Source: Phoronis australis (taxonomy: Eukaryota > Animalia > Phoronida). Taken from it: a DNA stretch of 64,000 nucleotides. The position numbers were made by a program, and so were the translations under genes. The number at the start of each line of letters is the position of its first letter. The first letter of the stretch is position 1. Shown here in pieces: positions 26,601 to 36,382 of this stretch. Under the pieces are notes generated by a model, which was not told the origin of the DNA, made no database searches, and worked only from the letters and a program-made list of their open reading frames with translations. Location of the stretch: positions 242,234 to 306,233 of the forward strand of contig NMRA01000521.1 in the NCBI GenBank assembly GCA_002633005.1, read 5' to 3'.

Positions 26601-29208
26601 ACGCCAGATTATCTTTCACCTAGGTTACTACAATTTGGTTTCGCCTGACACTTGACTCCTGCGTATTTTATAATAAAGCACGCAAATGCAATGTAAGGCT
26701 GTAATTTACGAAGACAAACTGTTAGTATTAGTTTCTAAGGACCGGTTGCATGAAACAGTCTCATATAGGGACTCAACAAAGTCCCAAATTCTATTGCGTA
26801 TTTGTGTCTTTTTTACTAACAGGTGTAATATTTTTCTATCATTTCATCTTCATGGTGAGCTCCTTTTCGACTTATGTAATTTTCTAACAATATCAATGAA
26901 AACTAAACCATGAGTTCATTGAAAATAAATAGGGACTTAGTCCTTAAATTAGGGGCGTTGTATAAAAAGATCCCTATTGATTTTCGATAATAATGAGAAA
27001 TCAACGTGGAGTTCACCCTCAATTTGGATAAAATTCAAAAAGTTGATTAATGAAACTAAAATAGCATAAGAAAGGACAATCAGTGTTTCCACAAACTCAC
27101 AAATTCGCAGGAGATCTAGGTTTCATGCACCCGGATACTGATATCTTCCGATTAACGAAACTTATTTTATGTTGTAAGACTTTGAAAAGTATGTAAATGA
27201 CTAAAATACCCGTTTGTCCAAAAATGCTTGCACACTATTCGAATCAGGTTAGCCTTTCCTATATTTTCACTTAATTTTACTTGAAAATTTTACAAAACAG
27301 AGTTTTAACGCAAGTTAGTTGGTCAGTCGAAATTAATCCCACTTCATGCTCATTCAACACATCTCCGAATACTTTCAAACTTAACTAAATTTACTTTTTA
27401 GTTTCATTTTTTGTGGTCCACCACAATCTAAACTGGCCGTCGTAGTGAGTGACAGCTGACTTATGTACATGCATTATGGGTAATCACTCAACTGCCGCGT
27501 TATTAGGTAATGAAGTTTCCGCAGAAACCCCGCCCACTTTAAAAAACACGCAATGATAAAATATGACAAACACAAACAGGGCTGAAAGTTAATCTTATCT
27601 TTCGATTGACTAAACTCATCCTGTGTTTCTAAAATTGGTAAGTGTAAAAGGAAGCGTATCGTTAACGTTGTCGACACAGTCTGGATATTCCGTCAGATAT
27701 CTACAAAACTGGAAAATTTAACTCATGACAAGTACCTATTTTCTGGCAGTAGAAAGCTTGGGGAATTTTGTTTACAAATTTGCCACTGGTTTTGTCACGT
27801 AAACATGTCATTCCTTGAAGTTTAGGAAAACGTTAGGTATAAGCATACAATGTGATAAAACAACGGCATCAATAAAATGACCAATTTTCAGTCTGTGTAA
27901 GCTGTAATCTCATATGCGCTGTTATTTTTTTTAATGTTGCAACTTTTGATTTTTTGTAATCCTCATAAAGGTCCCGTTTTAGTACCTTCTATTGCAAATT
28001 GGAAACATTATTTTTCCTAAATCCTAAAATTTCTTTAGAGAATATTGCATAAACCATAGAATCTAAAAGTTTCGTATGAATCCGATTAGTCATTTCTGTC
28101 ATGCGATGTTCCAAAGTTATACAAGTTTGGGAATTTTTCTAGGGTTCTACACAGTTTTAAAAGTCAGTAATATTGTAATCGTGTTATTAGAAATGTTAAA
28201 GAAGAAATAAAATGCCTTTGCGGTCCAGTTATAAGTCCGTCGGTACAAACATTTTGGTACACGGCACATGTATTAATAACTGGGATTTTGTAAGAGCAAG
28301 TTCCAAACTGCCCATTTTACATCGCGTTTGATACTCTAACGGTAAACGAGGCTTACTTTCCAAATCAGAGGGTAGTCAGCTGTGAATGGAAAGCCTATCA
28401 GGATCGTGTTGAGTGTTTGGCTTGTAGCAATAACACAACAAAAGGTAAAACGGTCTGAGACAACACTCTGACCAGCTGATTGGTTGTGAACGTGACTTGT
28501 CCTTGACTGGCCCTCGTTAACAGTGTTAAGTTTTGGGAATCCCTAAAAGTAGTACGAAATTACATTGGGTCTCTCCAAAAGCTATCTATGGTGGGCCCGT
28601 ATTTGAAAAATGTCCGAATATAAGCTCATGGGCGTGCATTTGGGAGGTGCGTGGTGAAATTTGCGTTAATGCAGGAGTGACAGAAATTGATCTTTTGTCC
28701 GAAGGCCCCAGCGGTCTATAAACGATCCAACAGACTGACGTTGAAGGGCAATCAGCTTTAACCCATCATTATAGAGGGCATTCAGTTTCGATCGCAGTCG
28801 TTTGGTGCAACCATGGGGTCATTAAGTGCATTGTGCTTCTGAAATTTTGAAAGTTTTCATCCAACATGTATTCAACAGTTAAACATCTGTGATTCAGCAT
28901 GCTCCACATTTTCAATTTCTTTTACAGTTCTGCTTCAAAGTTTGGTGCACAAGCCACCGGAAAGGCTGTAAACTTTCCAAAAAGTCTAACTCACGCAGAG
29001 TCATTATATTGTCACTTTCTGACAATAACCTTTCTAATTATTTTTAATGTTCCAGATAAACATCAACCCTGAGTACAAGGTTGCAGAATTGAACTACGAC
29101 AACAACCAGATCACGTGCAAGCTTGCTTACACTGGTTTCACTGCCAAGTTCTTGGACTGCAAGCTCGGAAGAGGAACGCCGAGGGGCGCTTTTATCCCAA
29201 CGGGTTGA
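2337..29208 (+). CDS. LOXL: Lysyl oxidase-like protein (2 SRCR domains + LOX domain), whole gene span; 10 coding exons, about 673 aa
   Basis: Exons 2337-2637, 10147-10244, 11888-12517, 13849-14016, 16629-16785, 18459-18599, 19966-20086, 20956-21113, 26504-26598 and 29056-29208 all have GT-AG boundaries with compatible phases (sum 2022 nt). The spliced product contains [13 protein letters not shown] (Cu site), [10 protein letters not shown] (LTQ Lys) and [13 protein letters not shown] (LTQ Tyr). Confidence 0.95.
6100..6195. repeat. (TCTG)n/(TCTA)n-type microsatellite
   Basis: Run of tctgtctg/tcggtcgg/tctatcta units visible directly. Confidence 0.9.
9684..9752. mobile_element. 69-bp MITE with 13-bp TIR and 5-bp TSD
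   Basis: TIRs CATGGGCGGCGCA / TGCGCCGCCCATG; CCTCT duplicated at 9679-9683 and 9753-9757. Confidence 0.85.
10147..10244 (+). CDS. LOXL: LOXL exon 2: C-half of SRCR1
   Basis: TTTCAG acceptor; [32 protein letters not shown]; donor GTAGCA. Confidence 0.9.
11888..12517 (+). CDS. LOXL: LOXL exon 3: end of SRCR1 (EAAGVKC) and Thr/Pro-rich linker
   Basis: TTCCAG acceptor then EAAGVKC, which completes the SRCR; 630 nt open frame; donor GAG|GTAAGT. Confidence 0.88.
12575..13280. repeat. Degenerate GAT/GGT-rich low-complexity region
   Basis: Strong strand-biased enrichment of gtgatg/ggtgat/gataat motifs. Confidence 0.7.
13849..14016 (+). CDS. LOXL: LOXL exon 4: N-half of SRCR2
   Basis: TTCTAG acceptor; [45 protein letters not shown]; donor AAG|GTACAG. 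Not present in the ORF track. Confidence 0.92.
14467..16386 (+). mobile_element. Non-autonomous Kolobok-like DNA transposon with THAP remnant
   Basis: TTAA on both sides (14463-14466, 16387-16390). The 15-bp TIR ATGAGAATGCCACCC / GGGTGGCATTCTCCT has one mismatch. Internal frameshifted THAP sequence is present. Confidence 0.8.
14650..14845 (+). pseudogene. Degenerate THAP zinc-finger fragment
   Basis: VPACPNN...GISF / [18 protein letters not shown]...[14 protein letters not shown] across a frameshift; matches THAP hallmarks (P, W, C-x-x-H-F). Confidence 0.75.
16629..16785 (+). CDS. LOXL: LOXL exon 5: C-half of SRCR2
   Basis: TTCCAG acceptor; [13 protein letters not shown]...[13 protein letters not shown]; donor GTAAGA. 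Confidence 0.9.
18459..18599 (+). CDS. LOXL: LOXL exon 6: start of LOX domain
   Basis: LPDLLP...[12 protein letters not shown]; TTTCAG / GTAAGT boundaries. Confidence 0.93.
19966..20086 (+). CDS. LOXL: LOXL exon 7
   Basis: [20 protein letters not shown]...WEWHLCH; CTCAG / GTAAGC boundaries. Confidence 0.94.
20956..21113 (+). CDS. LOXL: LOXL exon 8
   Basis: [12 protein letters not shown]...[15 protein letters not shown]; TTCAG / GTATGG boundaries. Confidence 0.95.
21453..25620 (-). mobile_element. L1/Tx1-clade non-LTR retrotransposon, antisense in LOXL intron 8; ORF1 not seen (5' boundary approximate)
   Basis: Poly(A) tail (T-run at 21453-21467) with AATAAA just upstream on the - strand (21473-21478), short 3' UTR, full ORF2, then a T-rich upstream spacer. 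Confidence 0.9.
21588..25391 (-). CDS. LINE ORF2: APE endonuclease, reverse transcriptase and C-terminal CCHC (zf-RVT) domain
   Basis: SLNCRGL, CLQDTH, GDFN, RLDFFL and SDH (APE); [32 protein letters not shown] and QYADD (RT); CSFC...[10 protein letters not shown]. 1267 aa with no stop. The real start is probably the MMTGEL Met near 25373. Confidence 0.96.
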   Translation of the reverse strand: MCITVVMMTGELKVTSLNCRGLGLHEKRKDVLNYLREKQYSIYCLQDTHFTKREENNIRSMWGYECFFNSNSSNSRGVAILFKNTFEYKLHNIRQDYNGNKLILDITINETRITLINTYCPNRDSPSFFERIKQDIQDIGNYSVIWAGDFNLALDQSKDTINYRQVNNPKSRIKLMEICTELSIVDVWRELNPSSKEYTWRAGSKRSRLDFFLISENLLADIDDSIIEFGYRSDHSMVTVFFKSDVSRRRKSFWKFNNSLLKNSEYIAAVKNTIKLVKQQYMTDDIQAVDSTSNSDLQLSINDQLFLETLLMEIRGKTISFATYLKRKCDRVEQQLIKEISLLEKSLSLDRELLEQKNNLLAELRQNKLRGLMTRSRARWIEEGEKPSKYFLHLENRHYTSKFMPFLWKSDNTKTNSEEEVIQETKTFYENLYKYRHTNNTSLKTLLDNVCVSKLNETEKEKLEGLLTYEEVTQCLKKMKNNKSPGSDGFSVEFLKFFWADIGHFVVRSLNTGFAVGQLSSTQKEGVITCIPKGADKSKHYLKNWRPISLLNVTYKLASSAVAERLKSVLGKVISKDQTGFVSGRNMNENIRVLYDLMFYAQAANKPGLLLLIDFEKAFDSLSWNFIQKTLSFLNFGWSIRRWVKVFYSNIKSCVVVNGHPSSWFNISRGCRQGDPLSPYIFILCAEILAYLIKNNKNIAGVVAGNKEYLISQYADDTSITLDGSNLSLTTTLNVLHLFASVSGLQVNVDKTKAIWFGSKTGSDDVIPTKEILSWTKKSFRFLGVDFDTQLDSMTHKNFTARITEIKSLLKSWSRRNLTPFGRVTVIKTLAISKLNFLLSSLPNPSVKVLGELNTTFFRFVWQARNDKIKRTTACLGLDRGGIQMVNMHTFSKALKLAMARRYLESPASKSGELLYALYPFLKNFASFGDDFIKSKLTLIGNSYWRDVFESMLSFYKKIIVASKEDFLNQPLWFNSNLAIGGTGVFYKPWFVKGLRFIRDMYTSDGDLVSLNNMKNRFDVKTNFVEYNGVVSVLKRFQKSLFQSKFKSVNVYSPCMPLAITHLRKDLKGCRHICSVFNNVKKPKSESKWEIELGDSLDWKKIYALPYKITKDPHIRWFQFRILHRIIATNTFLVKICVRDSDLCSFCNKAPETLSHLFWECSFVQDFWKEFEKLLQKCGIQLPNFLSYDIVILGLYKTQDFLFNILLLLAKQYIYKERCHKNIPNFLKFVTKTYEYYNAEKLNAHNNFVHDSFSAKWEKFIFHVKFM
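26504..26598 (+). CDS. LOXL: LOXL exon 9
   Basis: [27 protein letters not shown]; CACAG / GTACGC boundaries. Confidence 0.95.
26742..27134. mobile_element. MITE-like element
   Basis: Inverted repeats CCGGTTGCATGAAAC / GTTTCATGCACCCGG (one mismatch). Confidence 0.6.
29056..29208 (+). CDS. LOXL: LOXL exon 10 (terminal coding exon)
   Basis: TTCCAG acceptor; [25 protein letters not shown]...; TGA at 29206-29208. Confidence 0.92.
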   Translation: MNINPEYKVAELNYDNNQITCKLAYTGFTAKFLDCKLGRGTPRGAFIPTG

Positions 29209-29400
29209 GATCTGGACTAGCATTGTAACTGTTTTAGATTAATGCGTAGAGCCAATAGAAGCGCAAAGTTAGTGACGTAGCCAGGGCTGAGCTCCGTAGA
29301 CGCAAGAATCTTGTGAAGGAAACTAATGTTAACAGGTGATTCGCTTGTAATACGTGCCGATATCTCGCGAGGTCTTGAGTACGTTTTCGTGATGTTCTCG

Positions 29401-29582
29401 AGCACACATGTCACGAATTTTTGTCCAACCGGTCGGCTAGGAGTCGACGACCGGTTGGCAAAATAGCCTTCCGGTCGGCTAATTTTTAGCCGACCGCACA
29501 GCCGACTCATTAAACTCATTAGGCGACCCAGCAGCTGATACTTGACTGCCAACCGGTCCGGCAAAAATTCGTGATGTGTGCT
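29401..29582. mobile_element. MITE-like hairpin element just downstream of the LOXL stop
   Basis: AGCACACA(TG)TCACGAATTTTT / AAAAATTCGTGATGTGTGCT inverted termini; internal ACCGGT/CCGGTCGG repeats. Confidence 0.65.
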
Positions 29583-32361
29583 GTAAGCACGCCTGGAGTG
29601 TGTTCCGTGTACATATGACTTTTGTGAGTGAAGCTAGTGCGCCCCTTGTAATGTATAGACGTTATCTGGCAAAAATGTCAGTGAAAGCGCTTTTCCCGCA
29701 AGAAAATTGCCTTTCCGGAACGCAGACCCGATTTCGCATTGATTTTTTTATGGTTTGAGGCTTGTGGAATATCCGCCACACAGGCCACCTGTTGACTTGG
29801 AAAATAGGTGTCCGTTCTTCATTGGTTGCCTTCGTTCTCCTTTGTGCGACAGTTATCCCACAATTGATCGTAATTTGAGGCATTGCTTATCTGGTAAATA
29901 AGTCAATGAAAATAGCTGAATAGTTGTGAGTAAATTACTTTAAATGCCCGCTAGACACGATGGCTGATAGACACCGGTTCTGCTTACACTGAGTGAAATC
30001 TGAATTAAGTTATTGATGGCTTTTAAGACATGGTGTAACGCTGTACATGTATAATAACCGAGTTTTTAGGCTACATGGCGCCATATGTCAGCCTTCAAAA
30101 TCCAGGCCAGTATACTTTAAATGTGCTGTTTTGTGCTGACGCGATCATAGCATGCTAAATGTTAACATAGGATGTTAGGTTTCGTCTCTGTTCTTGCAAA
30201 ATATTTGGTTTGTAGTCTTAAAAGGGCATCAGCTGTAAATGAGTGCGTTAGAATTGTATGTCTAGACTACGAGTTTTTAGCGTGGAAAGCAGTGGCGTTG
30301 AAACGTTGGTACTGGCAGTTTCTCATTCGGACGTACAATCATCCACACTTTTGTTAGTAAAAGACCGCTCAGTGCTTTCAACTCACTTTGTATAGTACTG
30401 GGAATGCTACAAACAAGCGCTACGGAAAAACTTGCCACAGTGAAGCTCCTCGGCCTGGGTAATGTGAATCCAGGTCCATTCTCAGCATGATAGTTTTTGG
30501 AGATATCGCTTCAGGTTGAATCCGTGATGTTTCGACGACGCATACCGTGGTGTGCTAATGCAACACTCCACGCCCTAGTCGTAGGCTGCCCCCTATCAAA
30601 TGTTGAAATTGTCACTGACTTGTACACTCATCGATGTGACGATGACATGTCAACCACTTTGAAGCTTTTTATTTAATAAACGATCGCATTTTAGTCATTA
30701 CTTAAATCTAATGAAAGCAGTCATTAAAGTCACTTGGTCTCCTGCGTTCGTCAGCGAGGGACAACAAGTGAGTCAGCGAGTTGCGGTTGACTGTGGCGCA
30801 GTGGAAATACAATCTGGAAGCTTTCGAATGCGTCTTAGCTCATCTTGGTCTTCGTAACCTTGTTATGGTAATGGGGTTGTCACCCATGTCCAAAAGTCCT
30901 CACCCACACTGTTTTAATTTTCTTCGTGTCTGCCGGTTGCGCAGCGCAGTCACCTGAGTTGCGTTGTGTTAATAGAACGTGTTGGTCGGTAATCAAGAAA
31001 ACATTAATTATATTTGAACAAAACGACCAAAAATAAGAAAATAATACAGAAATTTTGCCCTTGCACACTCAGTGTTTTCCGTGCTTCATACAGCAGATGT
31101 CAGAGCATTATTTCGGACCCTAAATTTACTCTAACTCCAGCATATAAAGATACCGCTCTCAGTAAATATGGCTGACCCATACATGTACAGTCATTCCGCA
31201 AAGTGGCTTAGTAGAGATTGGAATACCCCTAGTACCACGAACTAGTCTCGGGAACTTTCTGTAAATGCGAGAGAATTGAAAGGCACGGAAACTGTAGTAA
31301 CTTCTAGTTCATTCACTATTCTAATCTCGTCGATTAAATATGTCAGCCTGTGGTAGCTATAGGCACCACTGTTTCGCGACACATTGCCTTTAACTAATGT
31401 TATTTTGTGTGCTCTTATAATGACCTCCCAAACTCACGAGTGACTTACTTCTACGGAACGCGTCCGTGTGAACTTTGTTTTTATACTTATGTATTTCTAT
31501 GTAGTTTAGTATATGTAGAAATAATTAGTAAAAACCAAGACAATCAAGCTGCTTGACTCTCCCCGACCCATGCTCTGTCAGCCACGACGACAGGAGGCAG
31601 CACTACGGGGAATGTCTTTTCGTGTTCATGGTGAGACCACATAAAATCAATAAACTGACGTAATCACTACACTGTTAACATTAACAGTTCAACACATCTC
31701 GAAATTGCACCGACAAAAGCATAGAACTTAGAGTTGTTCTCGTTTCTTTAAACACACATAGTTATTGATTTCGCCCTTCATCGTTGGTGAAATAGGTAAA
31801 CCCGGCGTTGCTATATTTGATGAATACGTGTTTACAAGTGTAAAACGCATATAATGAGTATTTGCAAACTATAATATTTTTTGTTTTGGTGTCGTATCTG
31901 TCACCTTACAGGAGAGGAGTTGACATAGTGTTCACGCTTGATATAACACAAACGAAACCTCATATGTAGATTTTGTACTTGACATCTTTCATTTTCTCCA
32001 GGGGAGAAAATACGCCAATACACTGTTTAGCTTTAAGTGTCATGACTTTGTAAAGTTTTCAATAATTTAGATCATATCAAGGTGCATCTTACGGCTTCGT
32101 TTGTTCGAGCTCTGATTAAGGTGGTATCAGACGAACTGGCTCTGTCGCCTCAAGTTATATCTTTGAACATTCCGTAGTTTCAAATTTCCCAGTGGAGGTG
32201 AAAATTTTCTGCGCATTTACGAAATCAGTCAAACGGCCAATCACTCTCCCGTTTGAAACAACCTTTTCAGTATCTGATGACTAATGTCCGCACATGAGCA
32301 GGCAAGCGTTCCGTAGAGGCGAGAATCTCGCCAAAACGCAAGAGTTCGCAAGTCTTCGCAG

Positions 32362-32615
32362 GATATACCCATGTACCCTATTACGAGCCAAGTATGTGAT
32401 ATACCCATGTAGCCTATTACAATCCAAGTATGTGATATACCCATGTAGCCTATTACAATCCAAGTATGTGATATACCCATGTAGCCTATTACAACCCAAG
32501 TATGTGATATACCCATGTAGCCTATTACAATCCAAGTATGTGATATACCCATGTAGCCTATTACAACCCAAGTAAGTGATATACCCATGTAGCCTATTAC
32601 AAGCGAAGTACGTGA
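32362..32615. repeat. 36-bp minisatellite, about 7 copies
   Basis: Unit GATATACCCATGTAGCCTATTACAATCCAAGTATGT repeated head-to-tail. Confidence 0.95.
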
Positions 32616-34004
32616 TTGTAATCACACTAGCTTCCTTCTAATTGGCAAGACTCTTGCAGAACTCTATCCAGGTAACGTTCACCTCTGAGAGGAAATAGAG
32701 ACTGCGAGCTAATCCGAATGGTAGTGTGAAGCATCCGAAACATACGTATTTTCGTGGCCTCAAATTATTCCTCGGAGGTGTTTCTAATCTGCACATGTGC
32801 AAACTTCAAACAGAACAGTAAAGCAGCTTTGCCTGAAAAACGCTGAAAATTAAGCAGCTTGTAAAACACATACGCGACGACGTTCTCAAACAGAGATCTA
32901 CCTCCTTTGTGGACTGTTATTTTACGTTTAAGCGTGTTATTACACTCAGGGTTATGCACCGGAGCCATCGACGGCAATCTCCATTTTGACTGCCGTCAAG
33001 TGACTTTCTATTCTGATTGAAGTTGTTACCTGCGCAGGTATAAAACACTACCAAGAAATAATTAGAGATTACGAAAATATTCGAGGTTTTCCGTATGAAT
33101 ATGAAGTTTATAAGTTTTATCATTTTGTCATCGTTCAAAGGGCACTTTTACTATTCCTGCTCGCTGCCTAACGATAGAAATCGTGAACAGCTGGTATTAC
33201 ATTATTCCATTTCATAAGGGAAAACACAAAACTAAACTTCACTGTCACGGTTCAAATTACGTGCTTAATAGAGCAAAAGAGAAATAGAGATTGCAAAACC
33301 GGCATCACGTGCTCACATTAACATACCTAACAGCACTTTCCGTCATAAAATATTAATTTTACAATCAACAAAGTCTGATAAAATTATTGTGGAGGACCTC
33401 ATAAATCATTGTTGAGTGGTCGGCAATTTGGTTCACGACGACGGTAAAATGCCCCTCGCGTTTTACATTCTGACGTAAAATCGATTCATCCTGACACTTT
33501 TGACGACTTGTTCAAAGGCAAGGTCGTGAGCACACGACTATCGGGGTGTTCACTGCAAGTCAACTTAAAAGGGGGGGGAGGTTAAAATACACAGCCTATG
33601 CCACTACATGGTAGGGTTTACCTGGACGTTTTACATTTACTATATTCAGACGCCGTTAAGTTCTCATGTCACAACATCCTACAATGTCAGGTTAAAGCAT
33701 AGTCCTCCCACTGAGACGGCTGCCCCAGTATAACCAACGTTAGCGCCACTGGCATCACTTGGACAAGTTATAGGTTGCATAACAGTCGCTACCGAAATTC
33801 AGTACTGAATTAAACTTCGACCATGAATAATGATTAATTAGCTATTACTTTAATGGTAATTAAAGCGTTATCTTGTGAACTTAAACCACGTGTAAATAAA
33901 ATCGTATGGAGTTACGATATCCGACAATTCAGCAAGGCACTTTCAGTTTGTCCACACTAATTCAGTGTGGTCTTGTGGCTCAAAGTTTTGTTTCCGGTGA
34001 AGTT

Positions 34005-34095
34005 TCCTCATATTTGACCAGTGGCTAGAGTGTCTACACGGTGAGCAGAAATCCTGGCTTCGAGTACCGGTCGGGGGCAGAAATCTTTTCGGACT
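34005..34095 (+). mobile_element. tRNA-derived SINE head (degenerate)
   Basis: A-box-like TGACCAGTGG and B-box-like GGCTTCGAGTACC at tRNA-like spacing; no intact cloverleaf. Confidence 0.55.
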
Positions 34096-35119
34096 TACCG
34101 GTATATTCATTAGGTCACGTGATATGACCAAAAAGATGGTGGATTGAACGGGATAAACTGCTTATAAATGCTTAAGACGAACTTTCACAAGCATTGTCAC
34201 CGTTTTCTTAATAACCAGTTCGTTTTCGTTTGGTTTCTTAGAAAAATCACAGAAGTCTTGTTTTGATAGCGCGTGTTGCAAAAATAGAGCATTTCAAAGA
34301 CACTTCCTAATACACTTTTGGACAACAGTGCGTAACGTATACCATTTTAAAAGTTCCATTTGATTCCAATCAGCCGTTTCTGAGATACTGTATGACGTTC
34401 TGAAGTTAGTCAAAATAATAAGACATTTCTATGGTCCTACATAACTTAAATAGTGAACTCATTGTGCGTGAATTCGTAGTTATTTGGAAATGATACCAGT
34501 ACCAGCAGCTACACGATTAAACAGAACACCTTCACTGGGTGTTCTTGAGGAGGAGTTCGCCGTTATGTAACTCGGAAGAAAGCCAAACGCATAATTGTTT
34601 TGAATATATTTTATATTCTAACAATGAATGTCGTCATCCAGAGTATTGTCGTACTTTTTGTATTGATCCAGTGGACTGGCTGACGCCATAAGTAAATGAG
34701 AGTCCGACAATCAGATGGACGATATTCGTGACGAGTTGCACATGTCCAATACAGCAAGGCAAAAATGATCAAGCAGGGTGCCTGAACACTTTAGACCCCC
34801 TCTGGATCCACCTCTGTAATCGTGACGTGCTCTCCACTCGGCCCCCCTATCACGCGGGACTTTTCGTTGGTGTGTTAAAAACTCTATTGTGCGATGTCAT
34901 AATATTGCGCAAAACTAGTTTTTCTGGCATTTCAACTCTAAGAGACGCTGCCTTCGCAACATAACCCCATATGCAACAGATTTTTACCGTATTTTAACTA
35001 AATCCTGAAATGCCTTACCAAAAATTTAATACACCAACAATATCCTAGCGAACATTTACAAGTTTACTGCTCAGCGAATAACGTAGTTACGATAATCACT
35101 TAACATTCTTAAACACATT

Positions 35120-36382
35120 TTAAGTTGGGTTGTTGAAATTTGAAAAATTGCTCACTTCTATGGACTTCACCTTTACTAATGCCAATGTGTTCGACTTGGG
35201 GCAGTCCTGACGGTGTTTTCGCGACGTTTCGCCATTACCATTCTGGCCATCGTCAGTGACAACGCCAGGGGTCTCTTGCTTTATACCTTTGATTTCAGGA
35301 CACATACATTTTACGCAGCACGGCATTCCTAACCAAATGTCAGCAAAATATTTTCTCAACTTGTCATTGAAGAAACAATACAACATGGGATTAAGAACTG
35401 CGTTGGCGTGTGTTAGAGTAAGTGTTGTTAAAAATGTGGATGAGCGCAACGTTGTTTCTCCTGTGTTTGCCTCCATGACAACAAGGCCGAAAATTGTGAA
35501 CAATGGCGCCCACATCAAGAAAAATAACACCACAATGAGGACAAGTGTTTTTACAATGTTATATGCCTTCTTGTCGGTCCTAATGAGATCCAGGATACCA
35601 CTAGTGTTCTTTGGAATGTCACGCGACGGTTCCGTGCTGTTGCGTTTGCTACGGCGGTGCTGTTGGAGATTGTGTTTGCTCAACCAGAACACTCGCAAAA
35701 CCCTAAAGTAGTTGTGTCCCATTATGAAAAGCGGCAACACGAATCCCGCTAAGGCGACAGGGATGACGAAAGCGAGGGAGACACGAACGCCTTTCACATT
35801 TGGCCATATCAATGTGCAAACCGTCACAGTAGTGTTTCGTAATGGTAATTCAACCACTACAAAATATACCGCAATAGGTATAAAACATGTGCATGTTAAG
35901 ATCCACAGTGCAACAATCATGCTAAGGCAGGTGCGCATAGCTAGTCTTTTTTTGGTGTATTCCACGGTTCTTCTGAACCTGTCGATACTTATAAATGTCA
36001 TAGTCCAAATGGAGACGAAACCCCCAACAAATTCTACATAAACCAGCACGTGGCACATCATATTTCCAAGCACCCATATTTCTGTGATACGTATGACGGC
36101 GATGAACGGCCCCGCTGAAGTGAACAAAACACTTGCCACGGCCAAGTTACAAAGAAAATAGTTCGTGACCGTTTTCATAGTTTTGTGCTTCACAACTATC
36201 CATATTATGGTGACGTTTCCGGCAAATGCTAAAACGAACAAAAAACAGAGAAAGAACACTTCGACTATAGCGATGGACGGCCATTCACGATCGAACTCGG
36301 CGAAATATGTAAAATAGTAGGAATTGTTCCAGTTGTACAATTCTCCAGCGTAGAATATGTATGAGTGGTTGATGCTAGACAT
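35120..36382 (-). CDS. Intronless class A (rhodopsin-like) GPCR, about 420 aa; possibly FFAR4-like or peptide-receptor-like
   Basis: Seven hydrophobic segments; GN in TM1, TNYFLCNLA in TM2, CH..Y in TM3, SIDRF, MWAP in TM6, NPMLY in TM7. First ATG at 36382 (the ORF track starts upstream at a TTG). N-terminal N-glycosylation sequons NHS and NNS. Confidence 0.93.
   Translation of the reverse strand: MSSINHSYIFYAGELYNWNNSYYFTYFAEFDREWPSIAIVEVFFLCFLFVLAFAGNVTIIWIVVKHKTMKTVTNYFLCNLAVASVLFTSAGPFIAVIRITEIWVLGNMMCHVLVYVEFVGGFVSIWTMTFISIDRFRRTVEYTKKRLAMRTCLSMIVALWILTCTCFIPIAVYFVVVELPLRNTTVTVCTLIWPNVKGVRVSLAFVIPVALAGFVLPLFIMGHNYFRVLRVFWLSKHNLQQHRRSKRNSTEPSRDIPKNTSGILDLIRTDKKAYNIVKTLVLIVVLFFLMWAPLFTIFGLVVMEANTGETTLRSSTFLTTLTLTHANAVLNPMLYCFFNDKLRKYFADIWLGMPCCVKCMCPEIKGIKQETPGVVTDDGQNGNGETSRKHRQDCPKSNTLALVKVKSIEVSNFSNFNNPT

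Noticed and set aside
32362-32615. 36-bp repeats of CRISPR-like length, with repetitive ORFs on both strands
   Set aside because: Units are directly adjacent with no unique spacers, there are no cas genes, and the context is eukaryotic. The ORFs result from a unit length divisible by 3.
34005-34095. Possible tRNA gene
   Set aside because: A/B-box-like motifs are present but the acceptor and anticodon stems do not pair; treated as a SINE head.
35256-36041. Plus-strand ORFs overlapping the GPCR
   Set aside because: Antisense shadow frames with no recognisable motifs.
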